NCBI RefSeq assembly: GCF_001194135.2
Contig: NC_068982.1
Span: forward strand, 20,798,350-20,862,349
Direction: 5' to 3'
DNA: 64,000 nucleotides
Source of the DNA: Octopus bimaculoides
Lineage: Eukaryota
Shown here: piece after piece, positions 53,755 through 64,000 of the stretch
Layout of the letters: each line of letters starts with the position of its first letter
Position numbering within the stretch: the first letter of the stretch is position 1
The notes under the pieces: generated by a model
Databases searched by the model: none
What the model was told of the DNA's origin: nothing
Seen by the model: the letters and a program-made list of their open reading frames with translations, nothing else
Translations under genes and position numbers: made by a program

Positions 53755-53812
53755 TTGTATTATCGTCTTGGAGCTTTTGAATACAGACTTCACTGCGTTG
53801 TAATATTTGATC
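53755..53812 (-). mobile_element. Upstream continuation of the interrupted PLE ORF
   Basis: SNIT..SEVCIQKLQDDNT joins IIYK-ADK across the Helitron. Confidence 0.65.
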
Positions 53813-55039
53813 TGACACACGTATTTTGCTTAAGTAGGGATATGAATATATATATAAAAATGTATGCCAAGATGGGTGTTTCTTTTATTTTTTAAAATAT
53901 TAATTTCGATGTGCCCTTTAACAAGCATTCATCACGCTCACTATATTTATCAATATAAAAATCAGCCAGCAGTAAATTCAGATAGAATTTGGGGTTATAC
54001 TCTTCTAAATTTGGATGGTTGGCTATTAGCAAAGAATAATAATTTTGCAAAAATGTGACTTTCCCTCCTAACTACGTTTCTTTTTGTTAGTTACATAATG
54101 TTTGGGTCTATCCTTACAATTCTTCTCTTTTGCCCCACCACCTGAATTTTCTTTGATCTTTCTGCTTGTTGTGTTGACATTCAAACATATACATATTTTA
54201 GTACTTCCATTTTCTACTTAACGATCTGTGCTACGTGCTTTGCTCGTTATGTTTGACCTTGTTTTTCATTGTTTTCTAGTCTTTCCTGCCTATTGATCAT
54301 ATTATCTGTGTTTACCTATCTTGTAGAATAATCTACATTTCTTTCTATATTTAGCACGACTTCTCTCCTATTTACCCACGGGCGACATTTGTGTGTGCAT
54401 ACTGAAAACGATTCACTGACATTTCTTACCCTAGACTTATAATTTTGTCAAATGTTCTCAAGTGTCACCCTTAAGAAAATTTGTTTTCTTGCGTCATTTT
54501 ATGGACAAGGGAATTTGTTGTCAAGTTTTTCTATTTTGTATACTTGCTTTCCATGTTACTGTGGACACAACAATGAAAAAAAATTCTAACAGGTTTTTTT
54601 CGTTCGTGGTTTACCGTACTGTGGCAGAATAAGTTGGTCTTCGGAGCAAAGAAGTGTATTCTCTAGAGAATAAACATTATAGAAATGTCGACTGCCGCTA
54701 TTAAAACAATCTATGGGGGGAATAATATAAACGAAACAATTTCCTGAAAAGGGCATATATCTCCTATAAGATGTCATCAAATTATAGGGATGACAATATG
54801 GAATTAGCTGTAGCAACAAAACCTGGCGAGAGAAAGAAAAACGAAGAAAAAATTATATCTACCTATCTATCTCTCCCACGCTGTCTCTAGTGCCCCCTCA
54901 TGCTCTCTCTCTCTCTCTCTCATTCTCTCTCTCTCCCTCACACACACACACTCACACATACACACACACACACAAACACACACATACACACACACACACG
55001 CACACACACACACACTTTCTCTCTCGCTCTATACACTAT

Positions 55040-55250
55040 TTTATTCTTTCTATTCTTTTACTTCTTTTAGTCATGTGGAGCACCGCCTTTAGTCAAACAA
55101 ATTCAACTCAGGACTTACTTTTTTTTCAGCCTAGTACATATTCTATCGGACTCTTTTGCCGAACCGCTGAGGTACGGAGACATAAACATACCAACGTCAG
55201 TTGTCGAGCGATGGCGGGTGGACAAAAGCAGACACGCAAACACACACACA

Positions 55251-55299
<49 letters not shown>

Positions 55300-55362
55300 A
55301 CACAGAGATATGTTTATATATATACACAACGAGCTTCTTTCAGTTTCCGTCTACCAAATCCA
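55040..55362 (-). mobile_element. OR-type SINE, 5'-truncated, internal (AC)n
   Basis: GGAGCACCGCCTTTAGTC, GCCGAACCGCTGAGGTACGG and CTTCTTTCAGTTTCCGTCTACCAAATCC blocks. Confidence 0.85.
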
Positions 55363-55543
55363 TTTCGTCTCTCAATGTTCTCATCTGAAATTCCCCCGAG
55401 GTCGACTTTGGTATTCATCCTTTCGGGATCAATAAATTAAGTACCAGTTACGCACTGGGGTCGATGTAATCGACGCAATCCCTTTGTCTGTGCGTGTTTG
55501 TCCCCTCTGTGTTTAGCCACTTACGAGCAATAAAGAAATAAGG
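55363..55543 (+). mobile_element. Second SINE family (Meta-domain-like core), 5'-truncated, tail type A
   Basis: CCGAGGTCGACTTTGGTATTCATCCTTTCGGGATCAATAAATTAAGTACCAG...GGGGTCGATGTAATCGAC, then the tail CCTTTGTCTG...AATAAAGAAAT. Confidence 0.8.
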
Positions 55544-55742
55544 ATCGTTAGCACACCGGGCGAAATGCTTAGCGGTGTTTCCTCTCTCTCCATGTTCTGA
55601 GCTCAAATTCCGCCGAGGTCGACTTTGCCTTTCGTCCTTTCGGGGTCGATAAATTAAGTCCCAGTTGCGTACTGGGGTCGATCTAATCGACTGGCCCTGT
55701 CCCCCAACATTTCGAGCTTTGTGCCTCGAGTAGAAAAGAATA
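55544..55742 (+). mobile_element. Second SINE family, tandem copy, tail type B
   Basis: Head with GAGCTCAAATTCC (B-box-like), the same central block, and a different tail (GGCCCTGTCCCCCAAC...GTAGAAAAGAAT). Confidence 0.8.
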
Positions 55743-56490
55743 TACTTTCAACGTTAACGAACAATTTGTCTTTTATTTATTGTCTCAATGAACACTAAGG
55801 GTCAAATTAAAGCATATGATTTCTATTTAATGGCTATTTCTTTGCTTCCCACTCATAAAGTTCAATCACAGACGCAACAGAGCGAGAGAAAGCAAACACA
55901 AAGCAGACTCGAAAATGCATGCAGTGACTATTTTAACTATTGAAGCAACACATTTCATGCTACGTGTATTTGTATCTAATGGAACTGGTAGGAGGGGTAT
56001 CTCACGGGAATTGTTGAATGAGTTTGTGTCAAATTATTTTTGCTAGTACAATGCAGCAGACCGTGGAGAATAATATTCCAGAAATGTGGAATTAACTCGG
56101 TAGTTAAGGAGGAAAACGTCGACCATTTTAATTACAGTACCAAGTCCATTTGTTGTATATTCTGGTGAGAAATAAAGATAGATGTAGAAAAAGAGTGAAA
56201 GCAACAAACATAGATACACAGGGTCAGAGAGAAAGAGAGTGGTTCGAGAAATATTATAGGAAAAAAATGAAAGAAGAGAGATAGAGAGAGGGGGGATATC
56301 TAGATTGTGAGAGGAGGGCGGTTAAAGAGAGACAATACTACAATTTTCAATCGCTGCTCATGCATACGTATTGTCAAGCTGCCAAGCAAGTTTCACTGCA
56401 CATTTAACAGACATTCAAAGACTGTTAAGTTGTTTCAGCTGTACTTTTCCCGTCTAAATCATAGAGAATATATAGATTAAAGATAGATAC

Positions 56491-56552
56491 ATTTATTTTA
56501 TTTTCCATTTCGTTTGAGTTATATATTTATTTTATTTTCCATTTCGTTTGAG
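56491..56552. repeat. 28-bp exact direct duplication (34-bp period)
   Basis: ATTTATTTTATTTTCCATTTCGTTTGAG occurs twice. Confidence 0.85.
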
Positions 56553-58654
56553 ATACATGTATATTTATTTTTCTTTTAGATGTGCTGCAAGTCGTTATTA
56601 CATGTAGATTCTCACATATACATATTCAAATATTATAGTAAGTAAACAAAGTTAAGCTGCGGTACAAATGAGTTTAGAATCAGTTAATATAGACTATGAT
56701 ATTTATTTGATAGTATTCGATCATCAAAAACTTCTAGAGATTGTAATGATTCTGAATGGTTTTAGATACAGATTGTTACGGAATGCAAATCAGAAAGAAA
56801 AGTGAAATACTAGGCCATACCAAGATAGAGAACCTAACTAGCATTCACACATACACTCGATCTCTTTGATATGTTCATATAATATAATGCTAAGCCATGT
56901 TTATTATTTTGATGGCAATAGTTAAATATTGCATCTTACGATTTCTTCATGTGTAAATCCTATGAAACGGTTTGACTCCAGTTCGCATGCATGATAAATG
57001 CCTTGGAAATAAAGAAAATAATTATATTTCAAAGAAAAGTAGAAGTCACTTTCCATAAGCATAATGTATACGATGCTTTTATACTACATGAAAGCAGAGT
57101 ATAAAGAATATTTATTATCATTATGTTCTGAATATTGTGTGTCGTAAAATGCTTAAGCTTTTAATAAATGTTTTAAAATGCTTGTTTTTACTACAAACAA
57201 GTGTAGAGATTCTAACATTTACATTTCTGTATAACTTCTGTCTGTTCATTAAATGATTTGCATGTCAAGTATACTTTATATTATATGACAAGTTGTATAT
57301 TAGGCTATGGTATTCAAATATATTTTAGTTCGAAGAATAAATAATTTACTCATTAATCACGCGAGAATTATGCTTGATAACGACATTTATGTCGTCAGTT
57401 TGCATCACTTTAAGCTTAACTCTTCATTTACGTTGATATATATGCAAAAAGACAAGAACATAGAAAAACTAATAAAATAAATAAATGTATATAATGAATA
57501 TGATGCAATAGATGCAACTCTTGATTACAACGTCATATGTCAAACATAGCCTAAATATATGCATGGTTGAAAGGTTACAGGCTGCTGTGGTTGTCCAGAG
57601 ATATGCCGCTTTAAGAAGTAAAGTTTTCAGGAAATTATTCTTTAAACTTAGACACAATTCGGTCGATGTTGCGGCTTGTCAATGCCCCACAATGAAGTCA
57701 CTTTCTAGAAGTTGCTTCGACCTGTCTGAAGTATATACATATTTTGAATAAACATCTCTTTGGTTTTGCAAACTAGTCGCTGGTCTGAAGGAAATTCAAA
57801 TTATGCAATAGATGTATCGCTATATTACGTAATTTTCAATAAGGTATACGTAACTTATACATAGGATTGAAAATCAGAGGATACAGTTGTTGTTCGAGGA
57901 AAGTCCTTTTATAGACGTAGCGTTAGAGCTGTTAGTAACATGAATACTGAAATCTGTTTGACATTTTTGATAAAAAAATGTTTATTCTCAACGCAAATAC
58001 AAAAGCTGCGAAGCTCATACTCTGAGACAATTCGAAAATTATTGTTCTTTGGCTAGGTAACATAGTAGTCGCTGTTGTGAGTTTCTTCATGTTACTTGTT
58101 CATTGTGTGTTGCTAACACCGAAGTCAATTATTTTTTATATGTTGTCACAGCACTCTGTCTGCTGGTCGATCTGCTACTCTCTGCTATCTACTGTTTCTG
58201 CATCCGGTCTATTACATTTCATCTGTCGTCTGACCGTAGGGACTACAATGCGCTAAAACTGTAGTGGCGATCTTGATCAGAAAAAGTGCACAAAATATGA
58301 TACTGTGGTTAGATCCGGTTCCATGTATGTGTGTGTGTGTGTGTGAGTGTGTGTGTTTAATGCATATTACTATAAATAATTTTTTTGCGAGTTGTTGAAC
58401 GAAACGCACAGTCATGCACGTAACACCTAAATACAAATCAAAATACTTTCTGAATTTGGGTATGTAGAGCAAAGATTAATTTGTGGAATCAGATTATGGT
58501 ATATCATATAAAGTATACAAGTATGAAAACGGACTCCTGGATATTATCAGAGAACAAATGTCTCTGTAATATCGGATAATATGTAATGATTTATTGGTAA
58601 TGCACTAGAAAACACTAGATAGTTCGGTGTAGAGCATGCTTTATTAAAAGAAAA

Positions 58655-58852
58655 AATATAATTGATGTACATTATCTACATTATTTACATTATTAACATT
58701 CGACGTGTATTTGTCCTGATCTTGTTTGTTGTTAACACAACGTTTCAGCTGATATACCCTCCAACCTTCTTCAGGTGTCTTGGAGAAATTTCGAACCTGG
58801 GTTCTCATTCCTAAGGTATTTTTCGATGTTATTATTATTATTATCATCATCA

Positions 58853-58949
<97 letters not shown>

Positions 58950-58985
58950 TCACTGTTTGGAATTGAACTCGGAACGTTGGGGTTA
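58655..58985 (-). mobile_element. Composite SINE-like element: tRNA-like head, (AAT)n, hammerhead, 3' tail
   Basis: Contiguous on minus: T-arm-like CCGAGTTCAATTCC, GTGACCTG, (AAT)n, CCTTAGGAATGAGAACCCAGGTTCGAAATTTC, the hammerhead, and a tail. The body and tail are shared with 62075-62225. Confidence 0.75.
58734..58779 (-). ncRNA. Minimal type I hammerhead ribozyme
   Basis: GACAC CUGAAGA A GGUUG-GAGGGUAUAU-CAGCU GAAAC GUU GUGUU. Core motifs are intact, stems I and II form, and stem III is reduced to the palindrome AACGUU. Confidence 0.7.
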
Positions 58986-59069
58986 AGAACGCGGGCTACT
59001 AACCCCAAAATTCCGAGTTCGATTCCAAGCAGTGACCTGAACATAATAATAATAATGATGATGATAATG

Positions 59070-59133
<64 letters not shown>

Positions 59134-59137
59134 TAAT
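58981..59137 (+). mobile_element. tRNA-like head plus (AAT)n of the same family, fused head-to-head with the minus copy
   Basis: GGTTAAGAACGCGGG-CTACTAA-CCCCAAAATTCCGAGTTCGATTCC reads as D-arm end, anticodon-like loop and B box, followed by (AAT)n. No hammerhead follows. Confidence 0.75.
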
Positions 59138-62074
59138 TTCAATAAAACAGATTTTGAGCGGGAAACTTGGGAGTAGTTGAAATGTTAGCAAGTAAGGTAA
59201 GTTTATTTTAAGAGTAGTGATTTTTTTCCTCTCATTCTACTTTACGTTTCACTCTCTGGCTTCAGGTATTGAAGACACCAATGGTGCTCCGATTAACATT
59301 ACACATAATATTCATGATGATTTGCCTAAACACAGCTTCGAAATCTATTTGCATTTAATATAATTATTTAACATGTCCAATTGTATATACGAATTATACA
59401 ATTATACACCTCTCTTCATTTACCATATGTTGAGCAGAACTAAATTACGGACCACATGCGATATTTTTGCTCTTATATATAAGTAGGTAACTATCGTACG
59501 TATTTGTACACTCAGAAACAGACATTTAGCTATTGCTATTAATGTGCAACTGAATAATGTTATATATTTAAGAATATTATCAAAATATCAGCTATAGTGT
59601 TTCATAGAATGTACTCAGGTATGTGTTATATTTCATGTAAAATTGTATTTTATGTTTCACTTCGATCATTTTATATCGCTTGTACAAAGGCGTTTAACTC
59701 TTGACAGATAACACAGGAGTGGAGATTCACACTGCCACAAATTATTTTTAAATATGTTCTTATCACATGAACTTCCAATATATTTTAATTTCAGCAGAAA
59801 ATATCTTATAAAGGGCAACCATATATATAGTCTTAAATTTCGAATCTATATACTAGCATCCAGAGGTATTTCAGATGATAACATATTTATATGATACCAT
59901 AGCATCATGTCTATTTCAAATACATGTCGAAGTTACGTTTTACGTATTATCGTCAATATAGAGTTTTGCATTACATAAAACTTAATATTTTTCCACAAAT
60001 AACTTAAATTCAATATTTTCCAATTGCATGCGTTGGGTAGTTCTATATTAGGTCAAGAAAATATCAAACATATCTCAGATGCAGATTATATATCAAAGAA
60101 ACCAAGTGAGATTTTATAAAGTTATTTCCTGGAATCTATGATATATTTGTTCTTACAAAACTACAAAAAACATTCCAGAACGAACATTCAAATTTGTTTT
60201 CTGTTTACATAAATTTCAACGACGTTTCTATCATGATGTGACTAAGTAAATTACTTATTTACTCTATATTTTATCTATGCATAGGGAACAAGTAAATTGT
60301 ACTGTTTAATTTTATGAAGTGCATGAATTAGATTACATATAAGCGCTACACTGCGTATCACACTGTAAACTCGAACATTTAGAATCGAAACAAACAAATT
60401 AAATTCCAAACAAAATTACCAGTATGAGTTTAATAGTAATAATTAAGAGAACTCGAAAATGTCATGAGATTTATATTCATATCTACATGTTGATATAAAA
60501 TTATATTATGGTATCCCATTAGAATTTTAGACGTACTAGTAACATGCGGTGCTACAATCAGAGCTGAATTTTGACAACTCAAACTTCAGCTGAAAATTAA
60601 AATCAGTTAACGAATACAAACTTATTATAGACAATTTTGTCAGTTTTTTTAATATTATAAATTTCATTTGATTAAAGAATGCGAAGCAATACATTGATAT
60701 AAGCCAAAAGACGCGAGGAAAATTATTCCTCCGGGTTTAGTTCGTACTGATATGTATTAAAACCGATAAGAAGAAATAAAGAGACCTTTCACATAACTTT
60801 AATTAATACAAAAAATATAAGAATATATACTGCTAAAACAATTCACTAAACCTTTGCGTTTTGTATATTTCTTTCGTTATTTTCCTCTTTTTAATTTAAA
60901 CTCGTTCACTTATTGGTTTTACCTGCAATATCATCTAAATGTTGTGGCTATCTGATGTTCTGGATGGACACATTTTAAGCTGTATATCTGACAGCGAATA
61001 TTTCAGGCTTAAATCTCCTTTCTCAAACTAATCTGTTTTTCTTTTTGACACATAAGCAGATATATCCGATGTCAGCCGACCTAACGTGTATAAATCAAAA
61101 TAGGAAGTTGAAATTTACCGTCAATGCATAACACTGGACGTGTTTAAGCTATTTTCTTTATCCTTAAATACATCTCTATTTCACTCTTCCGTGACCAGAT
61201 CTCGTTGCAGACTGACAGGTGTCACGACCTGTCTTCGTAAAAGAAAGAAAATAAGCAAGAGGATGACAATCAGATTTGCGATGCTGACTTAAGAGTTTGC
61301 ATAACAGCAAGAAATAAATAGATGAATAAAAAGTCGGTCAGCTATTTTGGATATATATTTGTGTATGAGGCAAAGCAACATATATGAGGAAGTTAAGATG
61401 CCTGCTTCATAAAAACGATGTGCAGAGAAATAGAAAATGAAAGGCATAAAAGAAGATAAAAGAGATCCTTATATGTTTACAAATGACTCAAAATTTTATT
61501 TGAACGCCAACACGGTTCAACTCCTCTGAACTGGCTTTTACGTATCGTCCATTATGTTAGGTGTATCCGTAGCATGTTTGAATGTGGATATAAATATAAC
61601 TGTATTTCCCTAGCTGTGTAGCTGTGTGCTCAATATATTTAGCAGATATTTTTCCTTTAAGAAATGATTTTTTTACTGTATCTATATTCGTTCTTACCGT
61701 GTTTTCGTGTTGTTCATAACAGAAAGATTATAGATTGTCACGTCAAGTAATCTATCATGAAAAATATATTGTGTAAATTCAGATTGTGTATCAAAACACC
61801 TATCGAAAATTATTGGGATCCGACAAAAAATATTATTGCCTGAACATTTGCATCACAATTTTCTTAGATTTATACTACATATTTACGTTTATGTTAATTT
61901 TCATATTACGTCCAAAAACACGTAAACGACACAGATAGATTACTCCGACGTTCTACTCAGATATTTATAGAGCATTTGGTATAATTAGTCAAAGCTTACT
62001 CAATCATCATGAAATATCTATGCTCAGCTCTTGATATATTCAAATATGTCAATTACAGTTCTATAGTTAAGAGA

Positions 62075-62225
62075 CGAGGAATTATGTACATTATTTACAT
62101 TCGACGGGTATTTGTCCTCATTTTGTTTGTTGTTAACACAACGTTTCGGCTGTTATACCCTCCGGCCTTCTTCAGGTTTCTTGGGGAAATTTGGAACCTG
62201 GGTTCTAATTCCTAAATTATTTTTA
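62075..62225 (-). mobile_element. Second, head-less copy of the hammerhead-bearing element
   Basis: Colinear with 58670-58825. Confidence 0.85.
62135..62180 (-). ncRNA. Minimal type I hammerhead ribozyme, copy 2
   Basis: GAAAC CUGAAGA A GGCCG-GAGGGUAUAA-CAGCC GAAAC GUU GUGUU, with one mismatch each in stems I and II. Confidence 0.6.
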
Positions 62226-62345
62226 AAAACGTTAGGAATTTCGGAAACCATGTAAGAAGCCTCACACCGCAAAACGTAAGACAAAGAGGCACTTTTAAAT
62301 GTGTTTCCCGACGCTGTCACTCCTGCTCCAACGTTAATAGTATTA
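62225..62345 (+). mobile_element. Neptune-like PLE RT-EN linker fragment
   Basis: In frame: KNVRNFGNHVRSLTPQNVRQRGTFKCVSRRCHSCSNV, i.e. RN...VRS followed by Cx4Cx2C. Confidence 0.6.
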
Positions 62346-62992
62346 CACCCGTTTCTCTTGGTACATCTCTCACAATGTTTTCTCTCTCCCACCAATTTTT
62401 TCTAACACATGAAACTTATTTAACCCTGTGATCTTTATCAGTCGCAGTCACTTGTCTTCAACTCACGAAATGTATAATTGTATTGTTTCTAATTATTTTC
62501 CTTCCTGGGGACATTTCTGTGAAGAAAGACTAACTACGAAACAATGCAATTCCACTGTATTATCTTCCAGTACATTTTACTTGACAATACATGTATTGCA
62601 GCTACAGAACAAAACGAGCGCCAGTCTCTTTGGAGGCTGTTTTATCACATACACACACACACACTTACACACATATAATCTATAGAGAGATTGGTATACA
62701 TTTACTCAAACACATTTACACACACACACATACAGACACATACATTTAAACAATAAATTAAATAGAGAGATTCAATTGACAATCTAATAATTTATTTATA
62801 ATATAACATTATATACTATGAATATAATATAATACATTATAACATAAAAACTTATTAAAAAACTAAAAACGCCAACAATTTGTTTCGACATATATACATA
62901 ATTTGATTTATAAACAATTCATATCCATTTATATAAGTCTCTTCACAGTTTTGGTTTTAAAGACATACGAAATTTCGTGCGAAAGGACGGTG

Positions 62993-62994
<2 letters not shown>

Positions 62995-63040
<46 letters not shown>

Positions 63041-63050
63041 TATATATATG
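62995..63050. repeat. (AT)n microsatellite
   Basis: Read directly. Confidence 0.95.
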
Positions 63051-63957
63051 TATACACACCCCTAAACACGTAAACATATTTGTATATAACAAAGCCTACA
63101 TGGCCATACACGCACAAATCCCAACGCATAAATTTATGCAACATATATATATACGCAAAATATGCATATACATACACAAGGGTATATAGGCGTACATTCA
63201 CTCTCTCAAAAACAAACCTATAGGTTTAAACATCGAGTAAATAATACTATGAATAACTCTAAATATATATATAATACTGAATTCCCATTGTCTAACTGTT
63301 GTCTTCACTACAAACAACATTTTGAAAATTACTCTCATAATCGCATTTATAGGAGAAACTATATCCAACGTGTAATACTTAATATACTGACATTAACTTT
63401 TCATCTGTCAATAATTTATTTACTAACATAAGGCATGATTCTCATCTCGCTCAAAATAACAATATGTTATCATCGAATACTAATAGGAGTAGTAAGATAC
63501 GGAATACTACCTAATATAATTTTCTATTTTGGAAAGGGACCGACGCGTCTTGTAAATATTCTGTTTCAAATTCTAAATGATAATTTTTTCACAATATTTA
63601 CAAAGGTTTGAACTGGTCAACCGTTAAACTTTCTTATTCAACTATCCAATTTGAGCTACATTATAGGAATATCACAATTTATTAAACAAATAGAACATAA
63701 ATTTTAAGCAACAAAATGTCTATTATTAAGATATTGTTTGCAATCGTAGCCTTAGAATTACTAGGAAGTGCCATGTTAATAATAATGATGTTAATGGTAA
63801 TGATGATAATAATTATAATTATGATGATAATAGATACCCTGATCCAGTACCAGGCACTGGGTCTCATGGGTTCTGATCTTAACTGACTGGAAGTGTCATC
63901 ATATACATGTTTTGTCTTGGAATAAAAGATGGTCCGCAGCGAATATTCTGCTCAATA

Positions 63958-64000
63958 CTTATTTGATCGACTCCGAAATGACTAAAGGCGAAGTGTGAAC
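63958..64000 (-). mobile_element. Degenerate fragment of the Meta-like SINE core
   Basis: CTTATTTGATCGACTCCGAAATGACTAAAGGCGAAGT resembles the reverse complement of ACTTTGCCTTTCGTCCTTTCGGGGTCGATAAAT. Confidence 0.5.

Noticed and set aside
55916-56095. 59-aa ATG-initiated ORF (MHAVTILTIE...)
   Set aside because: Short, with no motif or splice support.
58981-59041. Functional tRNA gene
   Set aside because: The 5' acceptor and D stems are missing and it runs into (AAT)n; it is a SINE head.

Overview
AT-rich, repeat-dense eukaryotic DNA with eight N-gaps (about 4.2 kb). The SINE families and the density of compound microsatellites look like an octopus/cephalopod genome; this is recognition from memory, not verified. 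I cannot support any host protein-coding gene. Nearly all listed ORFs are microsatellite or gap translations, and the real-looking ones are decayed retrotransposon ORFs. These include two homologous L1/Tx1-type ORF1 remnants (10.1-10.8 kb plus; 26.5-27.8 kb minus) and an L1/Tx1 ORF2 3' end whose tail matches a SINE tail at 55.5 kb. A nest of Penelope-like elements at 49.4-53.8 kb contains two lineages (Neptune-like and Naiad-like GIY-YIG), one split by a non-autonomous Helitron. There are also several MITEs and tRNA-derived SINEs. The most interesting signal is a composite element with a tRNA-like head, an (AAT)n spacer and a minimal type I hammerhead ribozyme, present at 58.7-59.0 kb with a head-less second copy at 62.1 kb. 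It suggests a Pol III SINE mobilised by Penelope-like elements. Several near-perfect local inverted duplications, two centred on (AT)n, are also present.
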